DNA of 64,000 nt from an uncultured Nitrospiraceae bacterium (GTDB lineage: Bacteria > Nitrospirota > Thermodesulfovibrionia > Thermodesulfovibrionales > Dissulfurispiraceae). Both the position numbers and the translations under genes were made by a program. Under the pieces are notes generated by a model that saw only the letters and a program-made list of their open reading frames with translations, was not told the origin of the DNA and searched no databases. Below, one piece after another: positions 61,692-64,000 of the stretch. The stretch's first letter is position 1. Every line of letters starts with the position of its first letter. Location of the stretch: assembly GCA_963727805.1 (NCBI GenBank), contig CAVSHF010000003.1:544001-608000 (forward strand), written 5' to 3'.

Positions 61692-63016
61692 CAGAAGCGT
61701 CCCAACGTTAATCGAACAATATCAACTGGTTCTCGGACAACGTGTCGTTATCGCCGATCTGTGTATCTGTAAGTATCTGTATTAAAGGTGTTCTCTCAAA
61801 CATGGTCACGCTCAATATCTGTAGAATCGTATAGAGACTTGCCTGTAATTTGAGACGTTTCTTTATGATCGCCACCAGAACATATATCGATACGGCGATC
61901 CAAACCTGAGTTTTGACTGCATTGTCGCTTGTTCCGTAGAAACTCTTGATTCTGAGGTTCTGTTTGATCCACTTGAAAAAGAGTTCCACCTGCCACCGGC
62001 ATCGATATAGTTGAGCTATCGTCATTGCTGGAAGCGTGAAATTGTTGGTAAGAAATACCAGAGTCTTGTCCAATTCGGCGTCGTGATATTTGATCTTGCG
62101 AATTTTCTCCGGATAGTGAGAGGCCGAATAGAATCCGGTTAGCGTACCGCTTTGATCGCAGATAAGCCCCGTTGTCCGATCTACAGGATGGGAATACTGT
62201 CTGCGAAATTTGAAATTGGATTTGCCTCGGGTGACGAAGAACGCCCTGCTCAAATGCAACATATACAGTCTGGCAAAATCCAGATATCCTCGGTCCATTA
62301 TGTAGAATGCTCCTGGCTCTATAACAAGACAATCCAGAATATTTACTTCGTGCATCTTGCCATCGCTTATATGAATGAACGTTGGGATGTTGCCGCGAAG
62401 ATCCAGTAGCGTATGGAGCTTGACTGCAGCCTTTGTCTGACGAAAATGCGCCCATGGGAATACTGATAGACACAGGTCGATAGTCGTTGCATCCAGTGCG
62501 TATACCGTCTGATCCAGTTGCACGCCGAAGTCTTCGTCCAAATAAAGTGCACGGGCTTTCTGAATCAGGCAATGAGCGAAGTCGGCATAGATGCGCCAGT
62601 CCCTTACCTTGTTGGCGTTGGCCAAGGTGTTTCTGGATACATTGCCACGAATGCCCATGTGATAGAGTTTGCTTCTTTGAGATCGAAGGCACGATTCGAT
62701 ATCTCTCAGACTTTCCCGATAGGTCAGTTGCGCAAAGGCCATGCATAGATACTGATCCAGACAAGTGAAGTCTTTGATCTTGTAATTCCCACGATAACGG
62801 TTGACGCTCCGATGAAAGGCTGGTAGTGGTATGTGTTCGACGACCTGAGAGAAAATCAGCTTGCCTGTATACATGGGTACGCTCCTCGTGTTTGTTACCA
62901 CGAGAATGACGGATGCCCAAACTTCTTTTCAAGTCGTTTTCGTGCTCCATTATCAATTCCATATGTTATTTCAATATGTTAAACTCAATCCGTCATTAAA
63001 CGTTGGGACACTTCTG
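61692..63016 (-). mobile_element. Complete IS4-family insertion sequence (1325 bp)
   Basis: 18-bp IRs CAGAAG(C/T)GTCCCAACGTT; 9-bp TSD ATTGTCCAT at 61683-61691 and 63017-63025. Confidence 0.95.
61708..62874 (-). CDS. IS4 family DDE transposase
   Basis: FAQLTYRESLRDI, LDATTI, MDRGY, YRCRWQVELFFKWIKQ (YREK). Confidence 0.96.
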   Translation of the reverse strand: MYTGKLIFSQVVEHIPLPAFHRSVNRYRGNYKIKDFTCLDQYLCMAFAQLTYRESLRDIESCLRSQRSKLYHMGIRGNVSRNTLANANKVRDWRIYADFAHCLIQKARALYLDEDFGVQLDQTVYALDATTIDLCLSVFPWAHFRQTKAAVKLHTLLDLRGNIPTFIHISDGKMHEVNILDCLVIEPGAFYIMDRGYLDFARLYMLHLSRAFFVTRGKSNFKFRRQYSHPVDRTTGLICDQSGTLTGFYSASHYPEKIRKIKYHDAELDKTLVFLTNNFTLPAMTIAQLYRCRWQVELFFKWIKQNLRIKSFYGTSDNAVKTQVWIAVSIYVLVAIIKKRLKLQASLYTILQILSVTMFERTPLIQILTDTQIGDNDTLSENQLILFD

Positions 63017-63099
63017 ATTGTCCATCTTTAAAAATTAAATTGATGTGCGATCATCCGATTGCAACGTCAATATGTAACCCAACCTTCTTTGAGAGAAGG

Positions 63100-63240
63100 T
63101 CATCGCCTCTGAAAAAAACCAACCACCAGCACAATAATTGCAATAACGAGCAAAATGTGGATGAATCCGCCCATCGTGTAACTGCTCACTAATCCCAACA
63201 ACCAGAGAACCAGAAGTATTACAAAGATCGTCCAAATCAT
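63100..63240 (-). CDS. lmo0937-family small membrane protein
   Basis: Manual translation MIWTIFVILLVLWLLGLVSSYTMGGFIHILLVIAIIVLVVGFFQRR*; AAGGAGG RBS. Confidence 0.85.
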   Translation of the reverse strand: MIWTIFVILLVLWLLGLVSSYTMGGFIHILLVIAIIVLVVGFFQRR

Positions 63241-63458
63241 AGTGACCTCCTTTCCGGCAGCTACAGTGCCAACATCGCACTCAGCCGTTTTTTATTTAAT
63301 GGTATCTTTTTTTCAGCAAATTACAAAGAGGGTTGAAAATATTTACCGGTTTCAGAAGCGCAGCGATCGGCTATATTCGATTCCAAAGACATAAATTGAC
63401 AGAAAGTAAGTTATGTCTTGCTACTTTCGACAGCAATAGATGGATAACAGATTGGCAC

Positions 63459-63501
63459 AAAAAAACAAACAGGCTGCGATTCTGCTGAGAACCGCAGCCT
63501 G
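63459..63501 (-). terminator. Intrinsic terminator
   Basis: CAGGCTGCGGTTC-TCAGCA-GAATCGCAGCCTG followed by TTTGTTTTTTT. Confidence 0.7.
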
Positions 63502-63899
63502 CAAGGGAGGGTTAGGATTAATTATATTATAAGATCTTAGAGATACAGGTTCTATCAGATTTTAGCTGTTTTTCATGTAAGGAAATCCCCTACAGGCCTA
63601 TAGTTTTGACACTTACTAAGAAGACCATAAGTAAAGCCCCAGAATATCCTGGCTCCCTCTCTTTAGAAGAGGGTAAAGTACGTGGCTTTACTAATGACCT
63701 CATTAGTAATTCCCTGCTTACTTTGATTTGGGCATGACACTAATTGATAGTATAATTTTACCAAGCTGGCTGGATAGTCGACAAGATGACTAACCGCCAG
63801 ATTGGGGCAAAGGTTCTGAATTACTTCCAGCAATAGGGTACCTGCACAGTGATCCTTACTGCAGTTTATGTAATAAAGTAAAATGACGAGGGATATTTC

Positions 63900-64000
63900 A
63901 TGAAAGCACTCCTCATTTATCCTGAATTCCCTGATACCTTCTGGAGTTTCAGGTATGCCCTGAAATTCATTCACCGAAAGGCAAGCAGTCCACCCCTCGG
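63900..64000 (+). CDS. B12-binding radical SAM protein (5' end only)
   Basis: MKALLIYPEFPDTFWSFRYALKFIHRKASSPPL. Confidence 0.8.
   Translation, partial: MKALLIYPEFPDTFWSFRYALKFIHRKASSPPL

Noticed and set aside
63256..63272. Sigma54-like TTGGCACTGTAGCTGCC before the lmo0937-like gene
   Set aside because: The implied start site falls at or after the RBS, so the geometry is implausible

Overview
64 kb of chromosome from an anaerobic bacterium; the gene content suggests Nitrospirota (Thermodesulfovibrionia-like) or Desulfobacterota, which is inference only. 1-17 kb is housekeeping: gcvH-lpdA-eno-ftsB-GH57, a ubiA/mqnP-mtnP-apt-mtaD operon, a kinase-like gene with a USP, PGM with a radical SAM gene, and tRNA-Ser-ffs-dnaX-ybaB-recR. 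17-24.5 kb holds a heme-c sensor kinase with a sigma54 regulator, converging on a sigma54-promoted NrfD/NrfC/triheme-cytochrome operon. 24.9-29.7 kb is the most striking feature: a translationally coupled operon of corrinoid protein, MtaA/URO-D-like protein, RACE-type ASKHA activator and histidine kinase, a candidate cobalamin-based signalling system. 30-40 kb has NifX-like/DUF134, DsrE, a multiheme cytochrome, SulP, TlpA and a truncated lactate-oxidation locus. 40-64 kb is accessory: orphan kinases, several pseudogenes, mgtA, a TnpB relic, small secreted peptides and a complete IS4 with 9-bp target duplication. No CRISPR array or rRNA was seen. All calls are by eye from motifs, with no database searches.
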